Origin: a bacterium
GTDB lineage: Bacteria; DRYD01
DNA: 64,000 nucleotides
Reading direction: 5' to 3'
Assembly: GCA_026418475.1 (NCBI GenBank)
Contig: JAOABG010000001.1
Location: 7,342 to 71,341, forward strand
The notes under the pieces are model-generated. The model was not told the origin of the DNA, ran no database searches, and saw nothing but the letters and a program-made list of their open reading frames with translations. Of this stretch, positions 36,950 through 46,192 are shown one piece after another. The position numbers and the translations under genes were made by a program. Numbering within the stretch: position 1 is the first letter of the stretch; each line of letters starts with the position of its first letter.

Positions 36950-37933
36950 ATGGATGGTTATTTAACACAACATATACTCTACATAGTAATTGGTGTTGCT
37001 TTTTTCGTTTATGCTTTTCTTTATGGTCCTATACTTGGTAGTGGTTCGGTTTTTCCTCTTATAGCCAAGGAAGATCATGAAAGAAAAGCTATTTTACATT
37101 CTGTAGCTCCTTTCTGGGATGGTGCAGGGGTTTGGTTAATAGCGGCTGCTGTTGTTATGTGGGGAGCTTTTCCACAGTCCTATGCCACTTTGTTCGGCGG
37201 ATTCTTTTTGGCACTGTTCATAGTTCTTATATTTCTCTTGCTATCTATTGCTTCTATAGAATTATATATCAAAGATGAGATTAGAAGGAATTTTTGGAAA
37301 AATGCTTATTTTATAGGAAATCTTGTTCCTTCTTTGCTTTTTGGTGTTGCCCTTGGAAACGTGATTATGGGTATTCCTCTCAATGAAGAGTTATGGTATA
37401 CGGGTGATTTTTTTACTCTTCTTAGACCCTATGCTTTGCTTGTTGGCTTGTTGGGATTAACAATTTTGATAACACATGCTATGGGTTATATTCTCATAAA
37501 GGTTGAGGGTGGAGTTGTTGAAAGAGCACAGAATGTTTTGAAAATATCTAACTCTTTGTTTCTTATGCTTTTTGTTGTTTTTGTGTTTTGGACACATCAT
37601 ATGTTTCAAGGACTTTCTGTTTTTTATTGGATTGTTTCAGCTTTAATAGTTTTACTTTCTGCAGCAATGTTTTTCATGAAAAGATTTCATTTTTGGATAT
37701 CCACGTTAATCTTATTTCTTTCCTGGATTTTAATAGGTCTTATTCAATATCCTTTTGTTATAAGGGGATTATCTGATAATGGTATAACTTTATTTAATAA
37801 TTCTTCTTCTCCCGTAACTCAAAATGCTATGATTGTTATACTTGCTGTGGGGCTACCTTTTGTAATATTATATACTTACTATAGCTATTTTGTATTCAGG
37901 GGTAAGTTTTCAGGTAAAGAGCAAATGTACTAG
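36950..37933 (+). CDS. cydB: Cytochrome bd oxidase subunit II
   Basis: 327 aa, 8 TM, 'PFWDGAGVWLIAA'. Confidence 0.8.
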   Translation: MDGYLTQHILYIVIGVAFFVYAFLYGPILGSGSVFPLIAKEDHERKAILHSVAPFWDGAGVWLIAAAVVMWGAFPQSYATLFGGFFLALFIVLIFLLLSIASIELYIKDEIRRNFWKNAYFIGNLVPSLLFGVALGNVIMGIPLNEELWYTGDFFTLLRPYALLVGLLGLTILITHAMGYILIKVEGGVVERAQNVLKISNSLFLMLFVVFVFWTHHMFQGLSVFYWIVSALIVLLSAAMFFMKRFHFWISTLILFLSWILIGLIQYPFVIRGLSDNGITLFNNSSSPVTQNAMIVILAVGLPFVILYTYYSYFVFRGKFSGKEQMY

Positions 37934-37938
37934 CTTTT

Positions 37939-39375
37939 ATGAAATTACAAGAACTTGAAAAGATAGGGGAATACATTTATAAAATATATAAGGAAGGTAT
38001 TTCTAATGTACCTGCTGTGGTTTTTGCTGACGAAAAAATTATCGATTCTTTAATGGCTGATCAATCTCTTAATCAGGTGATAAATGTTACCAGTTTAAGA
38101 GGTGTAGTATATGTTTTTATAATGCCTGATGTTCATTGGGGATATGGTTTTCCTATTGGTTCAGTGGCTTGTACCAATTATGATGAAGGGGGAGTAATTT
38201 CACCAGGGGGAATCGGCTTTGACATAAACTGTGGGGTTAGACTTCTTAAAACCAATATTTCTTTCAAGAATTTGAGTGATAATCTCAAAGAAAAGTTACT
38301 CGATAAATTGTTTGAATATGTTCCTTCTGGTGTTGCTTCTGAAAGTGATATCAAACTATCTAAAGCAGAGTTTAAGAAAGTTGTTGAGAAAGGATTAAAT
38401 TGGGCTGTAGAAAATGGAATGGCTTCTGAAAACGAAATTGAACTTGTGGAAGATAGAGGAGTAAAAGATAACGTTGATGTATCCAATGTTAGTTCTGAGG
38501 CTATTGATAGAGGGAAATGTCAACTCGGAACTCTAGGCTCTGGTAATCATTTCCTTGAATTGCAGGTTGTCGATAATATTTACAATGATAAAGTATCAAA
38601 AGTTTTGGGGTTATATAAAGATCAATTAGTTGTGATGATTCATTGTGGTTCAAGGGGATTTGGACATCAAGTAGCAACCGACTATATAAATTTGATGCTT
38701 AAAAATATGGATAAGTATAATATAAAAATCCTCGATAAGCAGTTGGCCTGTGTTCCAGCTTCAAGTCCAGAGGGACAAAAGTATATAACTGCTATGAATA
38801 CTGCTGCTAATTTCGCTCATCTCAACCGTCAAATAATAACTCATAAAGTAAGAAAGGCTTTTAGAGAGGTTTTAGGTAAAACAGTATCAGTGGATTTGGT
38901 ATACGATATTAGCCATAACATGGCAACAATAGAAAATTATGTTTTCAATGGTAAAAAAGTTAAACTGGTTATGCACAGGAAAGGAGCTACTAGGGCTTTA
39001 CCTCCTTTTCACAATTTTTTACCAGATAAATATAAAACTATTGGGCAACCAGTATTCATACCAGGGGACATGGGAAGATACTCCTTTGTGTTAGTTGGTA
39101 CACAGAAAGCTTATGAGTTAACCTGTTCTCATACTTGTCATGGAGCTGGTAGAACAAAAAGTAGGAATCAGATTAAAAAAGAAATAGATTACACTGATCT
39201 TTTAAAAATCCTAAAAGATAAAGGTATTTCTATCAGAGCTTCCAGTAAAGCTACGGTGGTTGAGGAAGCTCCAGAAGCTTATAAAGACGCATCAATTGTA
39301 GTTGATATAGTAGATAAAGTGGGGATTTCTTCTATAGTTGCTAGGCTTAGACCTGTTGGAGTTGTAAAAGGATAA
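37939..39375 (+). CDS. rtcB: RNA-splicing ligase RtcB (3'-phosphate/5'-hydroxyl RNA ligase)
   Basis: 'DVHWGYGFPIG', 'GSGNHFLELQ', 'HCGSRGFGHQ', 'HTCHGAGR'. Confidence 0.85.
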   Translation: MKLQELEKIGEYIYKIYKEGISNVPAVVFADEKIIDSLMADQSLNQVINVTSLRGVVYVFIMPDVHWGYGFPIGSVACTNYDEGGVISPGGIGFDINCGVRLLKTNISFKNLSDNLKEKLLDKLFEYVPSGVASESDIKLSKAEFKKVVEKGLNWAVENGMASENEIELVEDRGVKDNVDVSNVSSEAIDRGKCQLGTLGSGNHFLELQVVDNIYNDKVSKVLGLYKDQLVVMIHCGSRGFGHQVATDYINLMLKNMDKYNIKILDKQLACVPASSPEGQKYITAMNTAANFAHLNRQIITHKVRKAFREVLGKTVSVDLVYDISHNMATIENYVFNGKKVKLVMHRKGATRALPPFHNFLPDKYKTIGQPVFIPGDMGRYSFVLVGTQKAYELTCSHTCHGAGRTKSRNQIKKEIDYTDLLKILKDKGISIRASSKATVVEEAPEAYKDASIVVDIVDKVGISSIVARLRPVGVVKG

Positions 39376-39389
39376 AAAGGAGGATCACT

Positions 39390-41147
39390 ATGGATTATGT
39401 TTGGAAAATCTCTGGAGAACAGGGAGAGGGTATAGACTCAACGGGACACATATTTGCATCCAACGTATTTAAAAATGGTTTTGAAATATCAACTTACAGA
39501 AAGTATTCCTCGAGAATAAAGGGAGGAAACACTACTTTTGAGGTTAGATTCTCTGAGAAACCCGTATTTTCAAGGTTAAAAAAAGTGGATGTTTTAATAG
39601 CTCTTGATGATGAATCTATTAGAGTTTCTAAGGAGCAAATAAAACCTCATACATTTGTAATTTTTGACGAGCAATCAAATATTCTGGATTTATATGAGAC
39701 ACCATCTCTTAAATTACCTATTCCTTTATCAAAGATAGCAAAGGATATAACAGGTAGTGTAATATCTAAAAATATGGTTGCTTTGGGAGCCTCCATAGCA
39801 CTGTTTGAAAATATGGATTATTCGTTTGTTATGAGACAGATAGAGAGAAGATTTTCAAAGAAATCCATGGAAATAGTTGAAAAAAATAAGAAAGCTTTTT
39901 GGGAAGGCTACAACATTGCCAGGAATTTTTTATCTTCCAATTCCTTAAAGCCTCTTAAAATGGATGTTGTTGTTAATAGGGATGGTAAAAAAAGAATGTT
40001 GATGAGTGGCAATGAGGGGCTTGCTTTGGGTGCTTTGGCGGCCGGCTGTAAATACTTTGCAGGGTATCCCATAACCCCAGCAAGTAGTATTTTGGAGTTT
40101 ATGGTTAAAAATATTGGTAACTTTGGTGGTGTTGCTGTCCAAACTGAGGATGAGATCTCCGCTATTAATTCATGTGTAGGTGCTTCTTTAGCAGGTGTCA
40201 GATCAATGACAGCTACATCTGGACCAGGATTCTCTCTCATGGTTGAAGCCATAGGATATGCTTATATGACTGAAACTCCTGTTGTTATCGCAAATATCCA
40301 GAGAGGTGGGCCATCCACCGGCTTGCCAACCAAAACAGAAGATGGAGATATCCTTTTATCCCTTTTTGTTGGCCATGGTGATACTGAAAAGATAGTTATT
40401 TTTCCTTCTGATCCATATGAAATGTTTGTTTATACTTTTGAAGCTTTTAATATGGCTGAGAGGTATCAACTTCCTGTTATAATTCTGTCTGACCTTAATT
40501 TGGGAGAAAATATATATACCACTAATTATATTTCGGATAGCTTAATTGAATCTCTCAGTATTGATAGAGGGAAATACATAAATTTTGGAGTGGACAAAGA
40601 ATTAAATAGGTATGAAATAACTGAAGACGGAATAAGTTATAGAATTGTTCCTTCAGTCAAAGGACTTCAATTTCAAACTTCTGGAAATGAACACAACGAA
40701 AAGGGTTTCATTACAGAGAATTCCGATATAAGAAAAAGGATGGTTGAAAAGAGAATGAGGAAACTATCAAAGTTCAATGAATACTTTCTTAAATTTGAAG
40801 ATATTGGTTACAATCCAAGGGTTTCTATAGTTGCTTATGGGATGAATTACCATTGTGTTAAGGAAGTTTGTGTTGAATTAAACAAAAACGAGGGGTATAG
40901 TTTCCGTTTAATTAAGCCTGTCGTTTTCTATCCTTTTCCTGTGAAGCAGATTGATGAGGCTGTAGCTGATACTGATAATTTGGTGTTTATTGAGCAAAAC
41001 TATTTTGGGCAATTCAGAAGGCTGTACTGCATGTTTGGTGGTAAAAAAGAAAGTTTGCTACTTAATAAATATGATGGTGAACCTTTCTTTTTTGAAGATT
41101 TGTACGATCAACTTAGAGAGTTGGTTAATAGATATTCTAAAGTTTGA
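39390..41147 (+). CDS. 2-oxoacid:ferredoxin oxidoreductase, fused gamma+alpha subunit (KorA/PorA-like)
   Basis: N-terminal gamma-type domain (GEQGEGIDSTGHIF...KGGNTTFEVRFS), then alpha domain 'GNEGLALGALAAGCKYFAGYPITPASSILEF'. No beta (TPP) subunit gene follows. Confidence 0.75.
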   Translation: MDYVWKISGEQGEGIDSTGHIFASNVFKNGFEISTYRKYSSRIKGGNTTFEVRFSEKPVFSRLKKVDVLIALDDESIRVSKEQIKPHTFVIFDEQSNILDLYETPSLKLPIPLSKIAKDITGSVISKNMVALGASIALFENMDYSFVMRQIERRFSKKSMEIVEKNKKAFWEGYNIARNFLSSNSLKPLKMDVVVNRDGKKRMLMSGNEGLALGALAAGCKYFAGYPITPASSILEFMVKNIGNFGGVAVQTEDEISAINSCVGASLAGVRSMTATSGPGFSLMVEAIGYAYMTETPVVIANIQRGGPSTGLPTKTEDGDILLSLFVGHGDTEKIVIFPSDPYEMFVYTFEAFNMAERYQLPVIILSDLNLGENIYTTNYISDSLIESLSIDRGKYINFGVDKELNRYEITEDGISYRIVPSVKGLQFQTSGNEHNEKGFITENSDIRKRMVEKRMRKLSKFNEYFLKFEDIGYNPRVSIVAYGMNYHCVKEVCVELNKNEGYSFRLIKPVVFYPFPVKQIDEAVADTDNLVFIEQNYFGQFRRLYCMFGGKKESLLLNKYDGEPFFFEDLYDQLRELVNRYSKV

Positions 41148-41162
41148 AATTAGAATGATTTC

Positions 41163-41948
41163 TTGATGAAAATTTGTTTCCTTTCTATATTTCCGGATTT
41201 GGTATTTTCTGTTTTCAATGGTCTTTCTATAACTAAGAGGGCTACTAAAAAGAAATTGGTTTGGTTTGATGTAATTAATATTCGTGATTTTGCTTTTGAT
41301 AAACACAAGCAAGCGGATGATTACGCTTATGGTATAGGTAAGGGCATGATTTTAAAGTTTGATGTTCTTTTGAAAGCATTGGATCACGCAAAGAAAGGAT
41401 TTGTTGATCCTTATATTATTTTACCTTCTCCAAGAGGAGAAGTTCTTAATAAAAGAATGATCACTGATCTTTCCAAGATGAATGAACTCATTTTTATATG
41501 TCCAAACTATGAAGGTGTTGATAACAGGATCTTGAGATTCATAAATGAAGAGATATCAATTGGAGATTATGTTATTAGTTCTGGTGAGTTAGCTTCATTT
41601 GTTATCCTAGAATCAATATTGAGGTTTAAGTTTTCTGATGATCCTTTGGTTAGAAAGGAAAATTTATTGGATGATAGTTTTAATTATATGGGTATGGATT
41701 TTTTACTTGAACCGTTGCAGTATACAAGACCGAGGGAAGTTAAAGTAAATAACAATGTTGTGAAAGTTGAAAAGCTTCTTTATTCAGGTGATCATGATCA
41801 AATAGAAGATTTTTTACTTATGGAGGCATTGGAAATGACCATTTTTAGAAAACCACATCTTTTCAGACTATTCATGAATAGGTACTCTGAAAAATTGGAT
41901 AAAAAAATACTTTATAACGCTTTTATGAATAGCATTGTTCCAACATGA
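41163..41948 (+). CDS. trmD: tRNA (guanine37-N1)-methyltransferase
   Basis: 'NIRDFAFDKHKQADDYAYGIGKGMIL', 'ICPNYEGVDNRI', 'SIGDYVISSGELASFVILESILRF'. Confidence 0.8.
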   Translation: MMKICFLSIFPDLVFSVFNGLSITKRATKKKLVWFDVINIRDFAFDKHKQADDYAYGIGKGMILKFDVLLKALDHAKKGFVDPYIILPSPRGEVLNKRMITDLSKMNELIFICPNYEGVDNRILRFINEEISIGDYVISSGELASFVILESILRFKFSDDPLVRKENLLDDSFNYMGMDFLLEPLQYTRPREVKVNNNVVKVEKLLYSGDHDQIEDFLLMEALEMTIFRKPHLFRLFMNRYSEKLDKKILYNAFMNSIVPT

Positions 41949-43564
41949 TATTATTTTTAGTAAATTCCAAGTTTGCTTTGGAAGTTCCTGATAAATATGA
42001 TGTTGACTTTAATAAGGTATACGTTATAAAATTTAGAAACAATTACTTTTTGTCATTCTTTATAAAAACCAAAAAGAATTTGGAGAAAAAGTTGATAAGT
42101 TTGAGAAAAGTAAATTTTGTAGATTTTTTGACTATTCCTAATTGGGAAATCATTGTTGATAGTTTACACCAGTTGTTTGAAGTTTTGAAAGTTCAAAACA
42201 AGGATATCTTTAGATATTTTTATTCTGGGCTTGAAAAAATAATTCTTACTCTTGTTAAATATGAAGATATACTCAAAATATTCGTCGATGATATAATTAC
42301 TGAGATTGAAACTACTAAGAAATTTAGAATTAAAATAATTGAGAACGACTATCTTGATAATAGGACCTGCTTTTTTATTTCTGTTTCTAAAAATCTTTTG
42401 AAAATGGATAACTTGAGGAAAATTAAAAAATATTTCAGAAAAAAATTGAGGAAAAGAATTAAATGTGAAGTTGCATATACTTTTCAATTATCCGATAACG
42501 TAAAAATTGTTTCTAATGTTAAGTATTTTTCCAAGGGATTTGATTTTATCTATAAGAAAGAGGGGATAGTTAGTCAAAATTTGTTGAACCTTATTATAGT
42601 CCATGATTTAGAAAGAATTTTGTCAAAAAAGGTTGACCCCAGTTTAATCTATTCTGATAATATTTGGAAAAAGGGGGAGGATTTTAATGTTGGTACTAAT
42701 AACTTTGTTTTTCCCCTTTGGGGAATAATTCTCTCGAGGTTTTTTGATCATATTGTTCTCGATTATTTCCCCAAGTTTTACGAGTTTTCTGAGTTCTTCT
42801 ACAAGTGTGGTACTAAAATAATTTTCCATTCTTTTCTTCCCTTATATGGTAATTTCAGAAGTCATTTGGAGAATAATAAAGATTTATTTTTAAGAGATTT
42901 CGAGATAATCAGGAAAAAGTTAATTTTTGAAAACTTTTCTCTCAAAGATTTGAAGCTCTATCTAAATGAGATAAGGTACAAAGATAAATGTTTTCATGTT
43001 TTGTTTTATTCTTTTTATGATGCTTTCTATAAGTTTTATTGTGATTATTGTGGGAATATGCCTTTTTGTGAGTTTTGTAATAAAAAACTGAAAGTGGAAA
43101 AGAGAACAATAGATAATATCGATAAACTTAGACTTGTCTGTCAAAACTGTAGAATCAAGTATGACACTTTCAATTGTCAGTATTGTGGTAAATACAAATG
43201 GAAAATATGGATTAAAAAATATAGAGAAGAATTAAAAGATTATAATCCTGTATTCATTAATTTTATCCCATCGAATTTAAAATTCTATTTATCAGGTTCA
43301 CAAGTGAATAATAATGATTATTTTATTGTGATTGATTATTACTCTCTTTATAAACCATTTATTTTAAGAGAATTAAATGTTTGGTATTTTTTGTTTAAGA
43401 TAGTTAATGAGTTAAGCGTTAAAAATATCGTTTTTTTGAATACTGATGAATTTAACGTTTTTGAATATTTTCATCAATTTATCTATTCTGATGATAGAGA
43501 ATTTCTCATAAAGAGATTGAATGATTTAATAGAGATGGAGAGAAGAGCTATATCCCTGTTGTAG
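41945..43564 (+). CDS. Hypothetical protein with tandem Cys4 zinc ribbons
   Basis: 539 aa; 'CDYCGNMPFCEFCNKK...CQNCRIKYDTFNCQYCGK'. No NTPase motifs. Its 3' end overlaps the convergent hemA-hemC ORF by ~39 nt. Confidence 0.45.
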   Translation: MILFLVNSKFALEVPDKYDVDFNKVYVIKFRNNYFLSFFIKTKKNLEKKLISLRKVNFVDFLTIPNWEIIVDSLHQLFEVLKVQNKDIFRYFYSGLEKIILTLVKYEDILKIFVDDIITEIETTKKFRIKIIENDYLDNRTCFFISVSKNLLKMDNLRKIKKYFRKKLRKRIKCEVAYTFQLSDNVKIVSNVKYFSKGFDFIYKKEGIVSQNLLNLIIVHDLERILSKKVDPSLIYSDNIWKKGEDFNVGTNNFVFPLWGIILSRFFDHIVLDYFPKFYEFSEFFYKCGTKIIFHSFLPLYGNFRSHLENNKDLFLRDFEIIRKKLIFENFSLKDLKLYLNEIRYKDKCFHVLFYSFYDAFYKFYCDYCGNMPFCEFCNKKLKVEKRTIDNIDKLRLVCQNCRIKYDTFNCQYCGKYKWKIWIKKYREELKDYNPVFINFIPSNLKFYLSGSQVNNNDYFIVIDYYSLYKPFILRELNVWYFLFKIVNELSVKNIVFLNTDEFNVFEYFHQFIYSDDREFLIKRLNDLIEMERRAISLL

Positions 43565-45538
43565 TAAGTTTTGCTTTATATTATCTATTATTTCTGGAAT
43601 TTTGGGGTTTATAGTTTTCCCTTTATATGTTTTGTTATTGATATTTACGAAGTAATGGAATTCTATGTTGTTATTTTCTTTTTTTTGTGCGTTGGCTCCA
43701 AGTGGAAATGAGCATCCCAAATTCATCAACCCCATGAAATATCGTTCTATTTCTGTTTCTTGTCGGTATTGAGGATTATCTATTTTTCTCAGTATTTGGG
43801 TTATGAAGCTTTTTTTTCTGGTTTGTAATGCTATTGCTCCTTGGGCTGGTGCTGGTACTATTTCCTCTATTGTGAATGTATGGCTTATGAGTTTTTCCAA
43901 TTTTAGTCTTTCTAGTCCTGCGTATGCTACTACTATCCCATCATATTCTTCTTGGAAGAGCTTTTTTATTCTTGTATCTATATTTCCTCTTATTTCTTTT
44001 ATTATTAGGTCTTTTCTGAGTTTTTGTAGTTGTGTTTTTCTTCTTGGACTTGAGGTTCCTATGATTGAATTGGGTTTCATTTCCCAGAAATTTTTACCAT
44101 CTTTCGTGATTAATACGTCATTTGGTTTAGTTCTCAATGGTACAGATGCTATTTCTAAGTATTCGTTTATTTTATAAGGTAGATCCTTAAAACTATGGAC
44201 TGCTATATCTATATCTTCTATTATCAGAGCTTCTTCTAACTCTTTAACAAAAGAATTGTTGGTATATATGTTTTTATCTCCACTGGTTTTTATAATTTTT
44301 ATTATGAGTTCAAATTCAGGGAAATAGAGTTTAAGTATTTCTAATATCTGTTCTGTTTGTGCTAACGCCAATTTTGATCCTCTTGTTCCTATTGTTATTT
44401 TTCTCTTTTTATTGATAATATACAGTTCCTTAATTTTTTTTATTGGTTCTTCTAGAGATTTGTTTATTATTTTTTGGTTAACGTATTTGAAAAATTCTTT
44501 TATTTTTCTTTCGTTTGATGTGTTAAAGATATTTATTAATTCTTTGTAATATTGATCAATTTTCTTTTCTGCTATTTCTAATGGTATTTCATAAAACTTC
44601 TTTATATTCGGGTTTAATTCTGATGATACCATTTTATTTATAAATTCATTTACTTTTTGATTGAGAAATGTATGTATTATTATTTCATCTGATATATCAT
44701 TTGTTAGATTTTCCTTCAGTTTATCTAAGTCTATGTAATTATCGGAGATTTGGGGGCTAATACTTCTTGGAACTGATAAATCAAAGATTAATGTATCAGA
44801 AGGAATATCATAACCTTTTTTGATAATCAATTCTGTGGTGTTTGTTGCTGATATTATAACACAAGTATGTTTTATTTCTTTTAGTTTTGGTAGTAATTTA
44901 TCCTTGGGATGGGCTCCTTTATGGTTATTTGAAAATATAATAATGTTCTTGAAATCATTCTTTATTTTTTTATGTATTGATTTATTAACGAACCCATATC
45001 CTATTAGGATTATTGGGGTATCTTGGGGTAAATTTTTGATCCTATTGTATACTATGTTTGCCAAATTTTGCTTCTCCTTTTTGATTTTCGGTAATACTGA
45101 GGAATGGAATTCTTTGTGGACTGAGAATGAAAAGTTTATCATTTCTTCTAGAAAGGGATTAATAAATCCCTTTTGATTATTGTAATACTGTTTGATTTGA
45201 TGTATTACATCTGTTTCTGCGAATATTTGTGATTCTAATCCACATGCAGTTTTAAAAAAGTGTTTTATTGCTTCCATACTGTTTCTAAATTTGCAATTTA
45301 TGTCTGGGAATATGAGTTGTTTTATTTTCTCTGTGCTTGCATTGTTGTTTATGAAATAAAATGATACTCTATTACAAGTTGATAGAATATAAAATCCATC
45401 AATTATGTTTGCTAATTTTTCTCTTATATTTTTTATTTTTTCTAAAGGTATATGATACTTCTCTCTTATTTCTATTGGTAAATCTTTGTCTATTTCTATG
45501 TTGTATATTTGTTCCAATATTTCCATGCCTTTTTTCAA
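43526..45538 (-). CDS. Fused glutamyl-tRNA reductase (HemA-like, N-terminal ~375 aa) and hydroxymethylbilane synthase/porphobilinogen deaminase (HemC, C-terminal ~295 aa)
   Basis: N-terminus: 'ILSTCNRVSFYF' (the GluTR catalytic Cys motif) and an 'IILIGYGFVNKSI' Rossmann fold. C-terminus: 'ITIGTRGSKLALAQT...VHSFKDLP...IGTSSPRRKTQL...RGNIDTRIKKL...ALQTRK' (HemC). A single uninterrupted 670-aa ORF. Confidence 0.7.
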   Translation of the reverse strand: MKKGMEILEQIYNIEIDKDLPIEIREKYHIPLEKIKNIREKLANIIDGFYILSTCNRVSFYFINNNASTEKIKQLIFPDINCKFRNSMEAIKHFFKTACGLESQIFAETDVIHQIKQYYNNQKGFINPFLEEMINFSFSVHKEFHSSVLPKIKKEKQNLANIVYNRIKNLPQDTPIILIGYGFVNKSIHKKIKNDFKNIIIFSNNHKGAHPKDKLLPKLKEIKHTCVIISATNTTELIIKKGYDIPSDTLIFDLSVPRSISPQISDNYIDLDKLKENLTNDISDEIIIHTFLNQKVNEFINKMVSSELNPNIKKFYEIPLEIAEKKIDQYYKELINIFNTSNERKIKEFFKYVNQKIINKSLEEPIKKIKELYIINKKRKITIGTRGSKLALAQTEQILEILKLYFPEFELIIKIIKTSGDKNIYTNNSFVKELEEALIIEDIDIAVHSFKDLPYKINEYLEIASVPLRTKPNDVLITKDGKNFWEMKPNSIIGTSSPRRKTQLQKLRKDLIIKEIRGNIDTRIKKLFQEEYDGIVVAYAGLERLKLEKLISHTFTIEEIVPAPAQGAIALQTRKKSFITQILRKIDNPQYRQETEIERYFMGLMNLGCSFPLGANAQKKENNNIEFHYFVNINNKTYKGKTINPKIPEIIDNIKQNLLQQGYSSSLHLY

Positions 45539-45558
45539 TAATAGAATTATTTTTTCTT

Positions 45559-45588
45559 CTTTTCAACCCTTTAAAAAGAAGTTCTTTA
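45559..45588. repeat. Perfect 15-nt tandem direct repeat (CTTTAAAAAGAAGTT x2) in the divergent promoter region between the hemA-hemC ORF and the 45626 ORF; overlaps an AT hairpin CTTCTTTT/AAAAGAAG
   Basis: Read directly from the sequence at 45559-45573 and 45574-45588. Confidence 0.6.
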
Positions 45589-45625
45589 AAAAGAAGTTGT
45601 TGAAGTTTTATAGTATTTAGATAAT

Positions 45626-46192
45626 ATGAAGAAATATTCTTTTATTTTTATGTTTATGATAATTTTTTGTTTATTATCATTTTTGTTCTTGGTTTTTAAT
45701 AGAATTTTTGGTAGTAGCCCGCTGGAGTATGGTGTTTATGAAAGTAAGAGTTTTTTACCAACATTTAATGGTAATTCAATTCAGTTGATATTAAATGATA
45801 ATGGAAATAGGATTAATGTCTTTTTGGGTAGATCTGTTTCTAAGATGGTTATTGAAAAGGATTATGTTAACATAAAAATTGGTATTTATCTGCGTTATAT
45901 TTCAAATTTTCAGCTTTTATTTTACAATTTTGAGTTGTTTAAATATTTCTTGAATAGCGATGAGAAGATTGATATTGAGATAAAAAATGGGAACTCTTGG
46001 GTTTTTTATGGAGGGGAAGTTTTACAATTCCTTTCCAATGTTAATCTACAAAAGTATGATATAATGAATAAAAATTTCATTCGCCTTATTGCTAGTGTAT
46101 ACTCCAATGACAAAGGTATTTTAATATTCAAAAAGAAAATATATATAGAACGTATTTATATGAGGCTTAATTTTTTGAAGGTTGATAAATGA
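45626..46192 (+). CDS. Hypothetical secreted or membrane-anchored protein
   Basis: 188 aa, N-terminal hydrophobic segment. Confidence 0.4.
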   Translation: MKKYSFIFMFMIIFCLLSFLFLVFNRIFGSSPLEYGVYESKSFLPTFNGNSIQLILNDNGNRINVFLGRSVSKMVIEKDYVNIKIGIYLRYISNFQLLFYNFELFKYFLNSDEKIDIEIKNGNSWVFYGGEVLQFLSNVNLQKYDIMNKNFIRLIASVYSNDKGILIFKKKIYIERIYMRLNFLKVDK

